NCBI GenBank assembly: GCA_038212275.1 | Contig: JBBQUR010000001.1 | Span: forward strand, 306,890 to 370,889 | DNA length: 64,000 bases | Source of the DNA: Planctomycetota bacterium | Lineage (GTDB): Bacteria > Planctomycetota > B15-G4 | Direction: 5' to 3' | Shown here: one piece after another, positions 38,525-49,225 of the stretch | Position numbering within the stretch: position 1 is the first letter of the stretch | Layout: each line of letters opens with the position of its first letter | The notes under the pieces: generated by a model | Databases searched by the model: none | The model's input: only the letters and a program-made list of their open reading frames with translations | Told to the model about the DNA's origin: nothing | Made by a program: the position numbers and the translations under genes

Positions 38525-39364
38525 TCAGGGCAGCGTGAAGAGCCCCGCGGCCGCCGTGGCGATGCCCAGCATGAGGCCGCCGACGCGAAGCAGCCGCTCG
38601 CTGCTGCCGTGGAACACCTCGGGCAGCAGGTTTCCCACCGCCACATAGAGGAACGTGCCGCACGCGAGCCCGGTGAGCAGCGGCTGCACACCCTGGTCCG
38701 CGCGGTCGGAATGGAAGAGCGTGCCCGCGACAAGCCCCGCGGGCTCCGCCAGACAGAAGATGGCGAGGCTGCCGAAGACACGCGCATTGTCCAGTCCGGC
38801 GAGGCGCATGATCGTCGCCAGGGAAAACGTCTCGCTCGCCTTGTGCACGGCGATCGATCCCAGGAAGGTCCACACGAGGGAAGGATCGGAAGCCACCGCC
38901 GAGTAGCCGAGCCCCGTCGCGAAGCTGTGCACCGACAAGCCGATGAAGGTGGCGAACCACACCACGCGATGCGGGTTATCCGTCGCCTCCGTGCGCGTCG
39001 CGTGACCGTGAGCTCCGTGGGAGTGGCCGGCGTGCGCGTCCTCGGCAGGGCCGTGCGCGGCGTGCCCGGTGAGCCAGATCTTCTCGATGAAGAACAGCAG
39101 CACGAGTCCGAAGAGCGCGGCGGCCCATGGCGCGACGAGCGCGAGGTGGTGGGCGTGACCGGCCTCGTCGGCCCGCAGCGCGACGGTGCCGAGCGCCAGC
39201 TCCGGCAGCAGGTGCAGGAAGATCGCACCGAGGAAGATGCCGGCGGAAATGCAGACGAAGAAGTGCAGTCCGCGCTCCGACCAGTGCCGCAGCAAAGGCA
39301 GCACCGCGCCGACCACGGACACGAGCATGAGGACGAGCACGGCCTGGACGAGAGTTGGCGACAT
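38525..39364 (-). CDS. ZIP family divalent metal transporter
   Basis: SAGIFLGAIFLHLLPE, His-rich loop, LSVHSF..G, AVHKASE, GTFLYVAV..LLPE. Confidence 0.9.
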   Translation of the reverse strand: MSPTLVQAVLVLMLVSVVGAVLPLLRHWSERGLHFFVCISAGIFLGAIFLHLLPELALGTVALRADEAGHAHHLALVAPWAAALFGLVLLFFIEKIWLTGHAAHGPAEDAHAGHSHGAHGHATRTEATDNPHRVVWFATFIGLSVHSFATGLGYSAVASDPSLVWTFLGSIAVHKASETFSLATIMRLAGLDNARVFGSLAIFCLAEPAGLVAGTLFHSDRADQGVQPLLTGLACGTFLYVAVGNLLPEVFHGSSERLLRVGGLMLGIATAAAGLFTLP

Positions 39365-39413
39365 GGGCCGCACAGCATAGGGACCGGGCCCCGGCGGTCC
39401 AGCGGACCTGCCG

Positions 39414-39785
39414 TCAGTGCATGCGCTCTACCGAGAGGGCGGCCTTCACGCGTGGATACTCGTCGTCCATGCGAAGGAGCAGTTCCTCCGCGCCAGCAAG
39501 CGAGCCCTGTCTGCCGAGCTGCTCCAGCTCCCGGCAGCAGTCCTCGAGCGCCCACGCGCCGAACTGCCCGCAACTGCCCTTGAGTGCGTGGGCCTCGCGG
39601 GAAATCGCCGCCGTGTCTCCCGCGTCGAACGCATGCCGCAGCAGCAGCATGCGACGCGGCGTGTCTTCCAGGAAGATGTCGACCAGCTCGGCGAGCAGGC
39701 CTCCGTCGCCGTCTTCGTCGCACGCACGGAGTTCCGCGAGCGATGCGGGGTCCAGGGTCGGCCGGCCGTGCTCGGTCATGCTCAT
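39414..39785 (-). CDS. Stand-alone Hpt (histidine phosphotransfer) protein
   Basis: LD...LAEL, ELVDIFLED, AHALKGSCGQFGA..L...C.ELE. Confidence 0.88.
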   Translation of the reverse strand: MSMTEHGRPTLDPASLAELRACDEDGDGGLLAELVDIFLEDTPRRMLLLRHAFDAGDTAAISREAHALKGSCGQFGAWALEDCCRELEQLGRQGSLAGAEELLLRMDDEYPRVKAALSVERMH

Positions 39786-39940
39786 CGGGAGATCCTGGAA
39801 GGCCTGGGGTCGCGCGGCTGCGCCGAGTCGAAGAATCGGTCCATCGGCAGAAGCCACCGTGTGTCTCAAGTCGAAGGCCGGCGCGGTTATGCTCCGGAGC
39901 GCGCGGAGGGCACGGACCGCGCGGCCGGTTCGCCGGCCTG

Positions 39941-39972
39941 CTGGCCCACTGGCCCACTGGCCCACTTGCCCG
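39941..39972. repeat. 8-bp tandem repeat CTGGCCCA x3 plus a degenerate fourth copy
   Basis: Directly visible in the divergent Hpt/NCS2 intergenic region. Confidence 0.8.
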
Positions 39973-40015
39973 CTGGCGAGACGACGACCCGAACCCCACG
40001 GAGCCCGACGGCACG

Positions 40016-41614
40016 ATGCGCTGGCTGGTGCGTGGTGATGTGGACGGTTTCTTCGGCCTGGCGCTGGACAACCTCGTCCAGCTCATCCTGATCGACACGC
40101 TGTGCCGGTCGGTGCTCGGCTTTCCGGACGCGCTGCTCTATGGGCGCGTGCTGCCCGGTGTCGCGGCGTCGCTGCTGCTCGGCAACCTGTACTACGCGTG
40201 GCAGGCGCGGCAGATCGGCCGCCAGACCGGACGCACCGACCTGTGCGCGCTGCCGTACGGGATCAACACCGTCTCGCTCTTCGGCTTCGTGTTTCTGGTC
40301 ATGCTGCCGGCGAAGCTCGCGGCCGAGGCGGCAGGCGCCGCGGACCCCGCGCGAGTCGCCTGGCTGGCAGGCCTCGCGGCCACCGTGGGCAGCGGCCTCA
40401 TCGAATTCTTCGGCGCGTTCGTCGCCGAGCGCATCCGCCGCGTGACGCCTCGCGCGGCGCTGCTCGCGACACTGGCCGGTATCGCGCTCACCTTCATCTC
40501 GATCGGCTTCCTCTTCCGGACCTACGCGCGCCCGACGATCGGCCTGGCGACGCTCGCCGTCGTGATGCTCACGTACTTCGGTCGCGTGCGTTTCAGGGGC
40601 GGGCTGCCGGGCGGCCTCGTCGCGGTGGCGCTTGGCACCCTGCTGGCGTGGGTCACGGGCGCGGCTCCGGTCGGCATCGCGCCCGCTGCGGGCCCGTCGC
40701 TGCATCTGCCGGTGCCGGTGATCGGCGATCTGATCGAGGCTCTCTCGAGCGGCATGCTGCTCACCTTCGTGTCGGTGATCATTCCGATGGGACTGTTCAA
40801 TCTCGTCGGCTCGCTGCAGAACATCGAATCCGCAGAGGCGGCCGGCGACAGCTATCCCACGCGGCCTTCGCTCGCGGTGAACGGCGTGGGCACGCTTGTC
40901 GCAGCGCTCTTCGGCAGCTGCTTCCCGACGACGCTGTACATCGGCCACCCAGGCTGGAAGGCGATGGGTGCCCGCGCCGGCTACTCGATCCTCAATGGCG
41001 TGTTCATCACGCTCGTGTGCGTCACGGGGACGCTTGCGCACATCGTCTGGGCCGTGCCCGTGGATGCCGGCATGGCCATCGTGCTGTGGATCGGCATGGT
41101 CATCACGGCGCAGGCCTTCCAGGCCGTGCCGCGCGGTCATGCACCTGCGGTGGTCATGGGATTGCTTCCGGGCGTGGCGGCGTGGGGAGCGATCCTGGCC
41201 AAGAACTCGCTGCGTGCGGCGGGCATGGGGCCGTCCGGCGCGCTGCCGGGCGGGGGGCCGGCGCACGGCGCTCCGTTCACCGAGGCACTCGTCCCGGCAT
41301 TCCTGTCCAGCGACACGTGGATCGGGGGCGCCTTCGCGCTCGAGCAGGGCTTCATCTTCACGTCGATGATCCTGGCGGCGACCGTCGTCTGCATCGTGGA
41401 ACGGCACTTCGTGCGCGGTGCGGCGTGGTGCGCCGCGGCGGCCGCGCTGTCCACCCTGGGCCTGATGCACAGCTACGCGTGGACGGCAGGCGACACGGTC
41501 CTCGCGATGCACCCGACCTGGCCGTGGGACAACCCGTGGACGCTCGGCTACAGCGCGATGAGTGCCGTGCTGCTTTCAGCGCGCTGGCTGACCGTGCCGG
41601 GCGAAGCTCACTGA
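40016..41614 (+). CDS. NCS2/AzgA-like nucleobase permease
   Basis: [54 protein letters not shown]; many TM helices. Confidence 0.85.
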   Translation: MRWLVRGDVDGFFGLALDNLVQLILIDTLCRSVLGFPDALLYGRVLPGVAASLLLGNLYYAWQARQIGRQTGRTDLCALPYGINTVSLFGFVFLVMLPAKLAAEAAGAADPARVAWLAGLAATVGSGLIEFFGAFVAERIRRVTPRAALLATLAGIALTFISIGFLFRTYARPTIGLATLAVVMLTYFGRVRFRGGLPGGLVAVALGTLLAWVTGAAPVGIAPAAGPSLHLPVPVIGDLIEALSSGMLLTFVSVIIPMGLFNLVGSLQNIESAEAAGDSYPTRPSLAVNGVGTLVAALFGSCFPTTLYIGHPGWKAMGARAGYSILNGVFITLVCVTGTLAHIVWAVPVDAGMAIVLWIGMVITAQAFQAVPRGHAPAVVMGLLPGVAAWGAILAKNSLRAAGMGPSGALPGGGPAHGAPFTEALVPAFLSSDTWIGGAFALEQGFIFTSMILAATVVCIVERHFVRGAAWCAAAAALSTLGLMHSYAWTAGDTVLAMHPTWPWDNPWTLGYSAMSAVLLSARWLTVPGEAH

Positions 41615-41830
41615 GGACGCGCGAGCGCCGCGTCGAGCACGGCATCGCGCCCCGCGAACCAGTCTGCAGGCAGGGCCGGCACGAACAGGTCGGGTTGAAT
41701 GCCGTCGGGCGTGCCGCCGGTGGGTTCGCCGACCAGCCGAAGTCGCGTGCCGTCCTCGCGACAGGAGTTGTACTGCACGTGGACGGCGCGCTCATCCGGC
41801 AGCGTCATCATCCAGAAGGTCTTGTCGACA
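41608..41830 (-). pseudogene. Internally deleted remnant of an S41-family peptidase gene
   Basis: Juxtaposes FW...LPDERAVHVQYNSC, LVGEPTGG and GIQPD..VP....DW.AGRD.VLDAAL, segments normally far apart in S41 peptidases; no catalytic Ser region. Confidence 0.6.
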
Positions 41831-41849
41831 GCCCGCAGTCAGCGCGCGG

Positions 41850-43142
41850 TCAGGGCTTGATGAGTGAACCGGTCTTCAGCGTGCCCGTCGCGATGCCCTG
41901 CGGGCCCGAGCGCTGGAAGTCGCCCGAGCCGCTCTTGAGCAGGAAACGCGCGGGCAGCGTGGGTGCGTCGGGCTGCGAGACCAGCTTGCCGCGCAGCTTG
42001 AGCTGCACGGCGGTGGTGCCTTCCTGGGCGGCCGCTGCGCCGACCTGCAGCGCGCCGAGCACAGCCGTCTTTCCGTCCGTGCCCGACGTCGCCAGCAGGC
42101 CGTTCAGGATCCACGTGTCGCTCTGCCATGACTGCGCGAGCGGGCCGTCCGGCTCGAGGAGCCGCACGCTCAGCTGCGGCCGGCCCGGCGCGTACGACAC
42201 CACGGCCTTCGCGCTGAACTTCTCGGACTTCTGATCGGGCCGCGTCAGCCGCCCCTTGATCGAGGCCTTGAAGAGAAAGGGCGTGAAGGCCAGACCGCGC
42301 GGTGCCAGCGCGCTGCCGTCCGCGCCGAGGACGCGCACGACCGCTCCGTCGGCATCGAAGGCGATCACGCGGTCGTTGCCCGAAGAGTTCACGTAGAGCA
42401 GGCCGTCGGGGCCGAAGCAGAGTCCCGCAGGCTGCTGCAGCAGGCCGTCGCCATCGAAGGAATGGACCACGCTGCCGGCCGAGTCGAGGGCGAACACGAG
42501 ATCATTGCCGGAGGATGAGGCCCAGAGCGTGCCGTCCCCGTCAAAGCAGAGGCCGAGCGGTTCGGAGAGCGCGCCCTCGGCGTCGTACTCGTCCACGAAG
42601 GCGCCCGAAGGATCGAAGACGGCGATGCGGTCGTCGCCCCTGCTCGCAACGCACAGCCGGCCGTCGGGACCGAAGGCCAGACCCCACGGTTGCTGCAGGC
42701 CGTCGAACGCACCGATCTGTCCGGAGAGCACGCCCTCGCGATCGAAGACGAGCACGCTGTCGGTGCCCGCGGACGCGACGTAGAGCGCGCCGTCCGGACC
42801 GAAGGCGAGACCGCAGGGATCTGCGAGCGGCGTGCCGCTGCCAAAGGTATTCAGCACGGCGCCGCTCGCGTCGGTCACGAGCACGAGGTCGCTGCCGGAG
42901 TCGCTCACGAAGAGCGTGCCGTCCGGTGCGAAGGCCAGGTCCTGCGGCAGCATCAGGCCGGTGACGGGTTGGGGCAGGGTGCCGCCGCCCTCGTCGTAGG
43001 CTGCCACCGCGCCGCTCCCGGCAGACGCGATGAGCAGCTCGCCCGACGGGAACAGCTCGGGATCGGCCTCCTTCTGGAGGGCGATCGCCGTGAGGTTCAG
43101 GCAGGCGAGAGCGACGGTGGCGACGGCTGTCCTGGTGTTCAT
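41850..43142 (-). CDS. Exported NHL-repeat beta-propeller protein with a C-terminal beta domain
   Basis: Signal peptide; about 6 repeats of P.GLAFGPDG.LYV.S...D.V..FD. Confidence 0.85.
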   Translation of the reverse strand: MNTRTAVATVALACLNLTAIALQKEADPELFPSGELLIASAGSGAVAAYDEGGGTLPQPVTGLMLPQDLAFAPDGTLFVSDSGSDLVLVTDASGAVLNTFGSGTPLADPCGLAFGPDGALYVASAGTDSVLVFDREGVLSGQIGAFDGLQQPWGLAFGPDGRLCVASRGDDRIAVFDPSGAFVDEYDAEGALSEPLGLCFDGDGTLWASSSGNDLVFALDSAGSVVHSFDGDGLLQQPAGLCFGPDGLLYVNSSGNDRVIAFDADGAVVRVLGADGSALAPRGLAFTPFLFKASIKGRLTRPDQKSEKFSAKAVVSYAPGRPQLSVRLLEPDGPLAQSWQSDTWILNGLLATSGTDGKTAVLGALQVGAAAAQEGTTAVQLKLRGKLVSQPDAPTLPARFLLKSGSGDFQRSGPQGIATGTLKTGSLIKP

Positions 43143-43280
43143 CCCTGTGTGCCATGGCGAAGAAGGAGAGCTCGCCGTGCAGACTGATCGCCCTTCGGCG
43201 GCGTGCGACTTGAGCGATCGGGCGGAGGGGAGGGCGGATCGATCGCGGCCGTGCGGCTCGGGCGCGCTAGGCTCTGCGCC

Positions 43281-44186
43281 ATGACCCTTTCGCCCCACGA
43301 TGCCCGTGACGTCGCCGGCAGCGGGCCGCCCGGCCCGCGGCAGCCGGAGCGCTCGTCAGTGGCGGTCGTGCCAGTCCGCCGGGTGGAGGCTGCGGGGGCG
43401 TCCGCGACGCAGCCCGGAGGCGAAGACCTCGGTGGCGAGGACCGCGTCGTCGTCGAGGAGCCGCTCGAGGTGCGCCTCGGGACGCGGAGCCTTTTCATCA
43501 CGATGCGAACTCCGGGTGCGGACCTCGATCTCGTGCGCGGCCTGCTCTTCACGGAAGGCCTGGTCGCGCGAGCGGAGGACATCGGCGCCCTGCAGCATTG
43601 CGCGGACGTGCCGGCGGAGGCGCGCGGCAACGTCGTCGTCGTGTCGCTGAACCCGGGCGCCGCGCTGGTCGAGGAGCACGCCGTGCGCGTGGGACTCATC
43701 ACGTCGGCGTGCGGCGTGTGCGGCAAGGCGACGCTGGAAGCCTCGGGTCGCGGTGCGCCCGTCGTGCGCGCGGGGCCGATGCTCTCGCGCGAGCTGCTGC
43801 TCTCGCTGCCGGCGCGTCTCTCGGACGGCCAGCAGTTGTTCGCGAGCACCGGGGGCCTGCACGCCGCCGCGCTCTTCGCCGCCGATGGCCGGCGCCTCGC
43901 GCTCGCCGAGGACGTCGGCCGCCACAACGCCGTGGACAAGGTGGTCGGCGAGGCGCTGCGCTTCCGGCGCGTGCCGCTGCACGACACGCTGCTGCTCGTC
44001 TCGGGGCGCACCGGTTTCGAGATCATCCACAAGGCACGGCGCGCCGGCATTCCCGTGGTGGCGTCGGTGTCGGCGCCGTCAAGCCTGGCCATCGACATGG
44101 CGCGCGACGCGGGGCAGACGCTCATCGGCTTCCTGCGCGACGGCGGCTTCAACATCTACTGCGGTGCCGGACGTTTCGGCCCGTGA
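43281..44186 (+). CDS. fdhD: Formate dehydrogenase accessory sulfurtransferase FdhD
   Basis: EEPLE, MRTPG.D..L..G.LFTEG, SACGVCG, TGGLHAA, EDVGRHNAVDK, SAPSSLA. Confidence 0.95.
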   Translation: MTLSPHDARDVAGSGPPGPRQPERSSVAVVPVRRVEAAGASATQPGGEDLGGEDRVVVEEPLEVRLGTRSLFITMRTPGADLDLVRGLLFTEGLVARAEDIGALQHCADVPAEARGNVVVVSLNPGAALVEEHAVRVGLITSACGVCGKATLEASGRGAPVVRAGPMLSRELLLSLPARLSDGQQLFASTGGLHAAALFAADGRRLALAEDVGRHNAVDKVVGEALRFRRVPLHDTLLLVSGRTGFEIIHKARRAGIPVVASVSAPSSLAIDMARDAGQTLIGFLRDGGFNIYCGAGRFGP

Positions 44187-44339
44187 GCACCGCGGCATGC
44201 GGCGCGGCCGACGGCTCCGGTGTGCGGGGCAACGATCTCCGGCGCGACGAGCCGGCTCGTCGCACGGGTGACGGGACGTCGTGCTCCTGCGACACTGCGC
44301 GCGTGCGTCCCGAGGCATGAACAGGAAGGAGTCTCCGGC

Positions 44340-45773
44340 ATGAGCCGTGCGCGTCTGCAGGGCCTGATGAGCTGCCGGCTGCACGCCGTCGCCGTCGCCG
44401 TCGCGGCCTGCATGCTGCTGACCGTGCTGGCGGGCTGCGGACCCGGACGACCGGCGGGCCGCAACATCGTGGTCATCACGCTGGACACCACGCGGGCCGA
44501 CCACGTCTCCGCCTACGGCTATCCACCGCGGACCACGCCGCATGCCGACGCTCTGGCAGTCAAGGGCATGCTCTTTGAGCAGGCCTACGCGCCGATGCCG
44601 CAGACGCTGCCCTCGCACAGTTCGATGTTCACCGGCTTGATGCCGCGACATCACGGCGCCCTCGAGAACCACGACGTGCTGCCGGACACGGTGCAGACGC
44701 TGGCCGAGGTGCTTCGCGAGCGCGGTTACGACACGGCCGCGTGCATCGCGGCGGCCGTGCTGGACCACACGACCGGCATCCAGCAGGGATTCGCGACCTT
44801 CGACGAACCGCACGGGATCGCGAAGAACAGCCAGCATCCGGTCGAGCGACGCGGTGACGCGGTGACCGACGCGGCGCTCGCGTGGGCGCAGTCGGCGCGC
44901 GACCGTGACAAGCCGTTCTTCCTGTGGGCGCACTACTACGACGCGCACGGTCCCTTCGAGGCTCCCGACGACTCCGTCCCGCTGCCCATCGTCGAAGCGC
45001 AGGTGTCGGCGCTCGCCGGAGCCTTCACGGACTCGGAGCTGGACCTCAAGTCGATCGCGCGGCTTTGGTGTGCGTACGACAACGAGATCGCCTACGCCGA
45101 CGAGCAGGTGCACCGTCTGCTCTCCGGGCTTGCTGCGGAGGGCCTGCTCGACAACACGGTGATCGCGATCGTCGGCGATCACGGCGAGGGCCTGATGCAG
45201 CACGGCGAGAAGGGGCACGGCGTGCTGATTTTCGAGGAGGCGCTGAAGGTGCCCTTCCTGCTGGTCGCCCCGGACGGCGAGCTGGCCGGAACGCGCCTCG
45301 AGCGGCCCGTGCACGTGGCGGACCTGACGCCGTCGCTGCTGACGCTGGCCGGACTGGCGCCGATGCCCGGACCGCAGGACGGCGAGGATCTCGTCACCGC
45401 GCTGCGCAGCGGGCGGGCTGGGAGCGCGGACGATGCGGCGCCGGTGTTCTCGGAGCGGCCGCACTACAGCAAGGAGCGTCTGGCGTGGCGCAACGGCGCC
45501 AGCGAGCGCTTCGCCTGGGGTCTCGTCGCCGGCGTGCGCCTCGGCAAGGACAAGCTCATCCGCGACACGGACGGCTCCATCGCGCTCTTCGACCTCGTCG
45601 ACGATCCGCACGAACTGCACGACCTCGGCGCCGATCCGGCGTCGGCGGCGACGCGGGAACGACTCACGCGCGCACTGAACGACTGGCTGGCCGCCCATCC
45701 CGCCCCCGAGCCGGGCAGCCACGCGGAGCCGGACGACGAGCGCAACCAGGCCCTGCGTCAGCTCGGATACTGA
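44340..45773 (+). CDS. Sulfatase-like lipoprotein
   Basis: LAGC lipobox; TLDTTRAD, QTLPSH, HYYDAHGP, YDNEI, GDHGEG, C-terminal LRQLGY; AGGAAGGAG RBS. Confidence 0.87.
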   Translation: MSRARLQGLMSCRLHAVAVAVAACMLLTVLAGCGPGRPAGRNIVVITLDTTRADHVSAYGYPPRTTPHADALAVKGMLFEQAYAPMPQTLPSHSSMFTGLMPRHHGALENHDVLPDTVQTLAEVLRERGYDTAACIAAAVLDHTTGIQQGFATFDEPHGIAKNSQHPVERRGDAVTDAALAWAQSARDRDKPFFLWAHYYDAHGPFEAPDDSVPLPIVEAQVSALAGAFTDSELDLKSIARLWCAYDNEIAYADEQVHRLLSGLAAEGLLDNTVIAIVGDHGEGLMQHGEKGHGVLIFEEALKVPFLLVAPDGELAGTRLERPVHVADLTPSLLTLAGLAPMPGPQDGEDLVTALRSGRAGSADDAAPVFSERPHYSKERLAWRNGASERFAWGLVAGVRLGKDKLIRDTDGSIALFDLVDDPHELHDLGADPASAATRERLTRALNDWLAAHPAPEPGSHAEPDDERNQALRQLGY

Positions 45774-45787
45774 AGGACGACGCACGG

Positions 45788-47338
45788 ATGTCGCAGGCCA
45801 GTCAGCAAGCGTCGCGAGGGCAAGGGAAGCAGGTCGCGAGCAAACGGTCGCGGCGGGACGTGCCGCTCGGGATGAGCCTCGCGCGCTGGGCGTTCGTGAC
45901 GGCCGCCGTCGCCTCTCTGTGGACGCCAGCCTGTTCTCCCGCAGGCGATGAGACGGCTCGGGACGTGCAGCCCTCCAGTGCGCTGGCGGGGAAGCTGGCC
46001 GGCCAGGACTGCCTGATCATCGTGATGGATGCGCTGTCCTCACGACATCTCGGCTGTTACGGCCAGCCCTTGCCGACCTCGCCGGAGATCGACGGCTTCG
46101 CGGCGGGGGCGATACGTTTCACGCATGCCTGGTCGCAGACCAGCTGGACGCTGCCGTCCACGGTGAGCCTCATGACCGGGCTGTATCAGGAGTCGCATGG
46201 CGTGCGGGCGCCGGGGACGCAGCTCGCGCCGTCGGCCGACACGCTCGCGGAGGCGTTCGCACGCGCCGGCTATGCAACACTCGGCTTCACGCAGAACGCC
46301 TTTGCGTCGGATGCCTTCGGGCTCGGCCAGGGCTTTCAGTCGCTGCAGCTGATGCCCGCGCTGGACGAGGAGCTCGCGCCCGGCGAGCGCAGGGCGGACG
46401 AGCGCTTCGCGGACGCCGTGCTCGCCGCGCTCGGCCCGCGGGGGAGCGGTCCGCCGCGCTTCGTCTACTGCCACTTCCGTCGGCCGCACATGCCCTACGA
46501 TGCGCCCGCCGCCGAGCGCGCGCTCTTCTGCGACCCCGCCTACGACGGTCCGGTGAAGGGTGTCCAGGCGGACTTCCTCCGGCACAACGCCGGCGAGTTC
46601 AAGGTGCGCGGGAAAGACCTCGAGCAGCTCACGGCGCTGTACCACGCGGGCATCCACGAGGCGGACTACCAGGTCGGGCGCATTCTGGAGGGCATCGATC
46701 GCACGTCGACGATGGTGCTCCTGCTCGCTGACCACGGCGAGGAACTGTCCGAGCATGGCCTGCTCGGCCACAACTTCACGTCGTACGAGGAACTGGTGCA
46801 CATCCCGATGCTGTGGTCGCATCCGTCGTTCACCGAACCGAGTGCGACAGCGCCCGGGGCCGGACCCGCGCCGCCGTCGGGAACCGCGAGCGGAGCCGGT
46901 CGCGACGTCGGGGAGCCGGTCATGAGCATCGACGTGCTGCCGACGCTGGCGGAGCTCTTCGGCCTCGACGTGACGGCCCGGCCGCACCAGGGGCGCTCGC
47001 TCGCGCCGGAGCTCGCCGGCGGGGAGGGGCCGGCGCGAGCCGCCGTGTTCACCTCGTCTCGCGCCAACGCGAACCAGATGTTCGCGGCGACGGACGGCCA
47101 CCTGAAGTACCTGATCCTGCCTGCAGCGGGGCTCGAGCAGCTCTTCGACCTGCAGGCCGATCCGCGGGAAATCGCGAACCTGGCGCCCCTGCACCCCGCC
47201 GACACCGAACGCTGGCGGGCGCTCATGGCCGACTGGCGCTCGCACCAGAGGCGCCTCGGCTGGGATGAAGCCGCGACGACCGATGCGGCGACCGACGAGC
47301 GCCTGGAAGCGCTCGGTTACGTGGGCGGGGCGCGCTGA
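45788..47338 (+). CDS. Sulfatase-like protein
   Basis: VMDAL, WTLPST, PHMPYD, ADHGEEL, HIPM, LFDL..DP.E, C-terminal LEALGY; start uncertain. Confidence 0.85.
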   Translation: MSQASQQASRGQGKQVASKRSRRDVPLGMSLARWAFVTAAVASLWTPACSPAGDETARDVQPSSALAGKLAGQDCLIIVMDALSSRHLGCYGQPLPTSPEIDGFAAGAIRFTHAWSQTSWTLPSTVSLMTGLYQESHGVRAPGTQLAPSADTLAEAFARAGYATLGFTQNAFASDAFGLGQGFQSLQLMPALDEELAPGERRADERFADAVLAALGPRGSGPPRFVYCHFRRPHMPYDAPAAERALFCDPAYDGPVKGVQADFLRHNAGEFKVRGKDLEQLTALYHAGIHEADYQVGRILEGIDRTSTMVLLLADHGEELSEHGLLGHNFTSYEELVHIPMLWSHPSFTEPSATAPGAGPAPPSGTASGAGRDVGEPVMSIDVLPTLAELFGLDVTARPHQGRSLAPELAGGEGPARAAVFTSSRANANQMFAATDGHLKYLILPAAGLEQLFDLQADPREIANLAPLHPADTERWRALMADWRSHQRRLGWDEAATTDAATDERLEALGYVGGAR

Positions 47339-47532
47339 GCGCGGGCTGAAGGCCGACCGGCAGGTCCGGAGGGAGGCTGGGCGCCGCTCATTTCGGTGCT
47401 GGGTTCTTGGAAGCGCGGGGGCCTCGCGCTAGGATCCCGCCGCGACTGTCGCGTGGTGCCGGAATGTCGTCTCCGACGGCTGGCGGGCCTCGCGGCGGAT
47501 CTTCACGCTCGCCCCGCAGGAAGCCGAACGCC

Positions 47533-47937
47533 GTGCCCGAACAGGCCTTGAACGACTACCTGCCGGTGCTCCTGCTCCTGCTGTTCTCGCTGGTCTTCGC
47601 GGGCACGATCCTGGGGCTGTCGTGGCTGCTCGGCAAGCGCGGCTCGACGAACCCCGACAAGGAGTCGGCCTTCGAGTGCGGCATGCTGCCGCTGCAGCAG
47701 GGCCGGCGGCGCTTCTCGGTCAAGTTCTACGTCGTCGCGATGCTGTTCATCCTGTTCGACGTGGAAGTGGTCTTCCTCTACCCATGGGCCGTGAAGTTCC
47801 GTGCCCTCGGCATGTTCGGCTTCGTGGAAATGCTGCTCTTTCTCGGCGTGCTGCTGATGGGTTGGTGGTACGTGGTCCGGAAGGGCGCCCTCGATTGGAG
47901 CGTGAGGCCACCCGCCCCGCGCAGGGACACGCCATGA
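47533..47937 (+). CDS. nuoA: NADH-quinone oxidoreductase subunit A
   Basis: [33 protein letters not shown]. Confidence 0.97.
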   Translation: MPEQALNDYLPVLLLLLFSLVFAGTILGLSWLLGKRGSTNPDKESAFECGMLPLQQGRRRFSVKFYVVAMLFILFDVEVVFLYPWAVKFRALGMFGFVEMLLFLGVLLMGWWYVVRKGALDWSVRPPAPRRDTP

Positions 47938-48587
47938 CGACACCGAATCCCGCATTCACCGGCAAGCGCACCGCGGAGCTCATGGTGCCGGAAACCCAGA
48001 GCGCCACCGGCCTCAACGACGAGGGCGGCTTCTTCGCCACGCGCGTGGACGCGCTGGTGGACTGGGGGCGCAAGAACAGTCTGTGGCCGCTGCCGCTGGG
48101 CCTGTCCTGCTGTGCGATCGAGTTCATGGCCACGGCCAGCAGCAAGTTCGACATGGCGCGCTTCGGCGCGGAGGTCGCCCGCTTCTCGCCGCGCCAGGCC
48201 GACGTGCTCATCGTCGCCGGCACCTGCACCTACAAGATGGCCGAGTCCGCCAAGCGCGTCTTCGACCAGATGGCGGAGCCGAAGTGGGTCATCAGCATGG
48301 GTGCCTGCGCCAGCAGCGGCGGCATGTACCGCTGCTACAGCGTCGTGCAGGGCATCGACACCTTCCTGCCCGTGGACTTCTACATCTCGGGTTGCCCGCC
48401 GCGCCCCGAAAACGTGCTGAACTGCCTGATGAAGCTGCAGGCGAAGGTCGCCGGCGAGAAGCCGCTCGCCGAATTGCTGAGCGGCGAGCGCGCCGTGGTG
48501 GCCGCGCCGCAGAATGCGCGGCCGAACGCCATGGGCTCCGGGTCCGTGCCGCCCGCCGAGTTGCCCGAGAAGCCCGCACGCTCATGA
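47934..48587 (+). CDS. nuoB: NADH-quinone oxidoreductase subunit B
   Basis: [35 protein letters not shown]. Confidence 0.97.
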   Translation: MTTPNPAFTGKRTAELMVPETQSATGLNDEGGFFATRVDALVDWGRKNSLWPLPLGLSCCAIEFMATASSKFDMARFGAEVARFSPRQADVLIVAGTCTYKMAESAKRVFDQMAEPKWVISMGACASSGGMYRCYSVVQGIDTFLPVDFYISGCPPRPENVLNCLMKLQAKVAGEKPLAELLSGERAVVAAPQNARPNAMGSGSVPPAELPEKPARS

Positions 48588-49225
48588 GCACCCTCACCGA
48601 TCACGGAGACCCGGCCGCCGGCGTCGCCCTGCACAAGGCCTTTCCCGCGTTCACGCGCGAACCCGTCGTCTATCGCGGCGACGTCACCGTGCACGTCGAT
48701 GTCGGCCACGAGATCGACGTCATCCGGCACGCCAAGGACAAGCTCGGCTACGCGATGTTCATGGACCGCTTCGGCGCGGATCGGGGCGAGGAAGCCGAGC
48801 CCCGCTTCGACGTCATCACCATTCTCTACAACCTGAAGACGGACAAGCGCCTGCACGTGTGCCTCACGTTGCCGGGGCCGGACCCCGAGACGCCGACGCT
48901 CATCCCGGTGTTCCGCGGTGCGAACTGGTTCGAGCGCGAGATCTACGACATGTACGGCGTGCGCTTCGCAGGCCACCCGGACCTGCGTCGCATCCTCATG
49001 CACGAGTCCTTCCCGGATTTCCCGCTGCGGCGCGAATATCCGGTGGAGGGGCGCGGCAGCCACCAGGCTCCGCGGCGCGCGCTGGGTGGCACGCGGGACG
49101 CGGTCGATGGTCACGTTGCGGTGAACTTCATTCCGAGCGTGCCGCCCGAGGCGGGGCCGGACGCCGAAGCGGGCGGCGAGAGTGTGCCGCCCGGCGGTCA
49201 TGTCCCGCCCGGGAGCAAGCCGTGA
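48584..49225 (+). CDS. nuoC: NADH-quinone oxidoreductase subunit C
   Basis: [30 protein letters not shown]. Confidence 0.95.
   Translation: MSTLTDHGDPAAGVALHKAFPAFTREPVVYRGDVTVHVDVGHEIDVIRHAKDKLGYAMFMDRFGADRGEEAEPRFDVITILYNLKTDKRLHVCLTLPGPDPETPTLIPVFRGANWFEREIYDMYGVRFAGHPDLRRILMHESFPDFPLRREYPVEGRGSHQAPRRALGGTRDAVDGHVAVNFIPSVPPEAGPDAEAGGESVPPGGHVPPGSKP

Noticed and set aside
47336..47390. SRP RNA-like string CAGGTCCGGAGGGAGGCTG inside a TGAGCG/CGCTCA stem
   Set aside because: Departs from the conserved GGAA tetraloop and AGCAG element, and the stem is too short and irregular; a cmsearch with the bacterial SRP model would settle it
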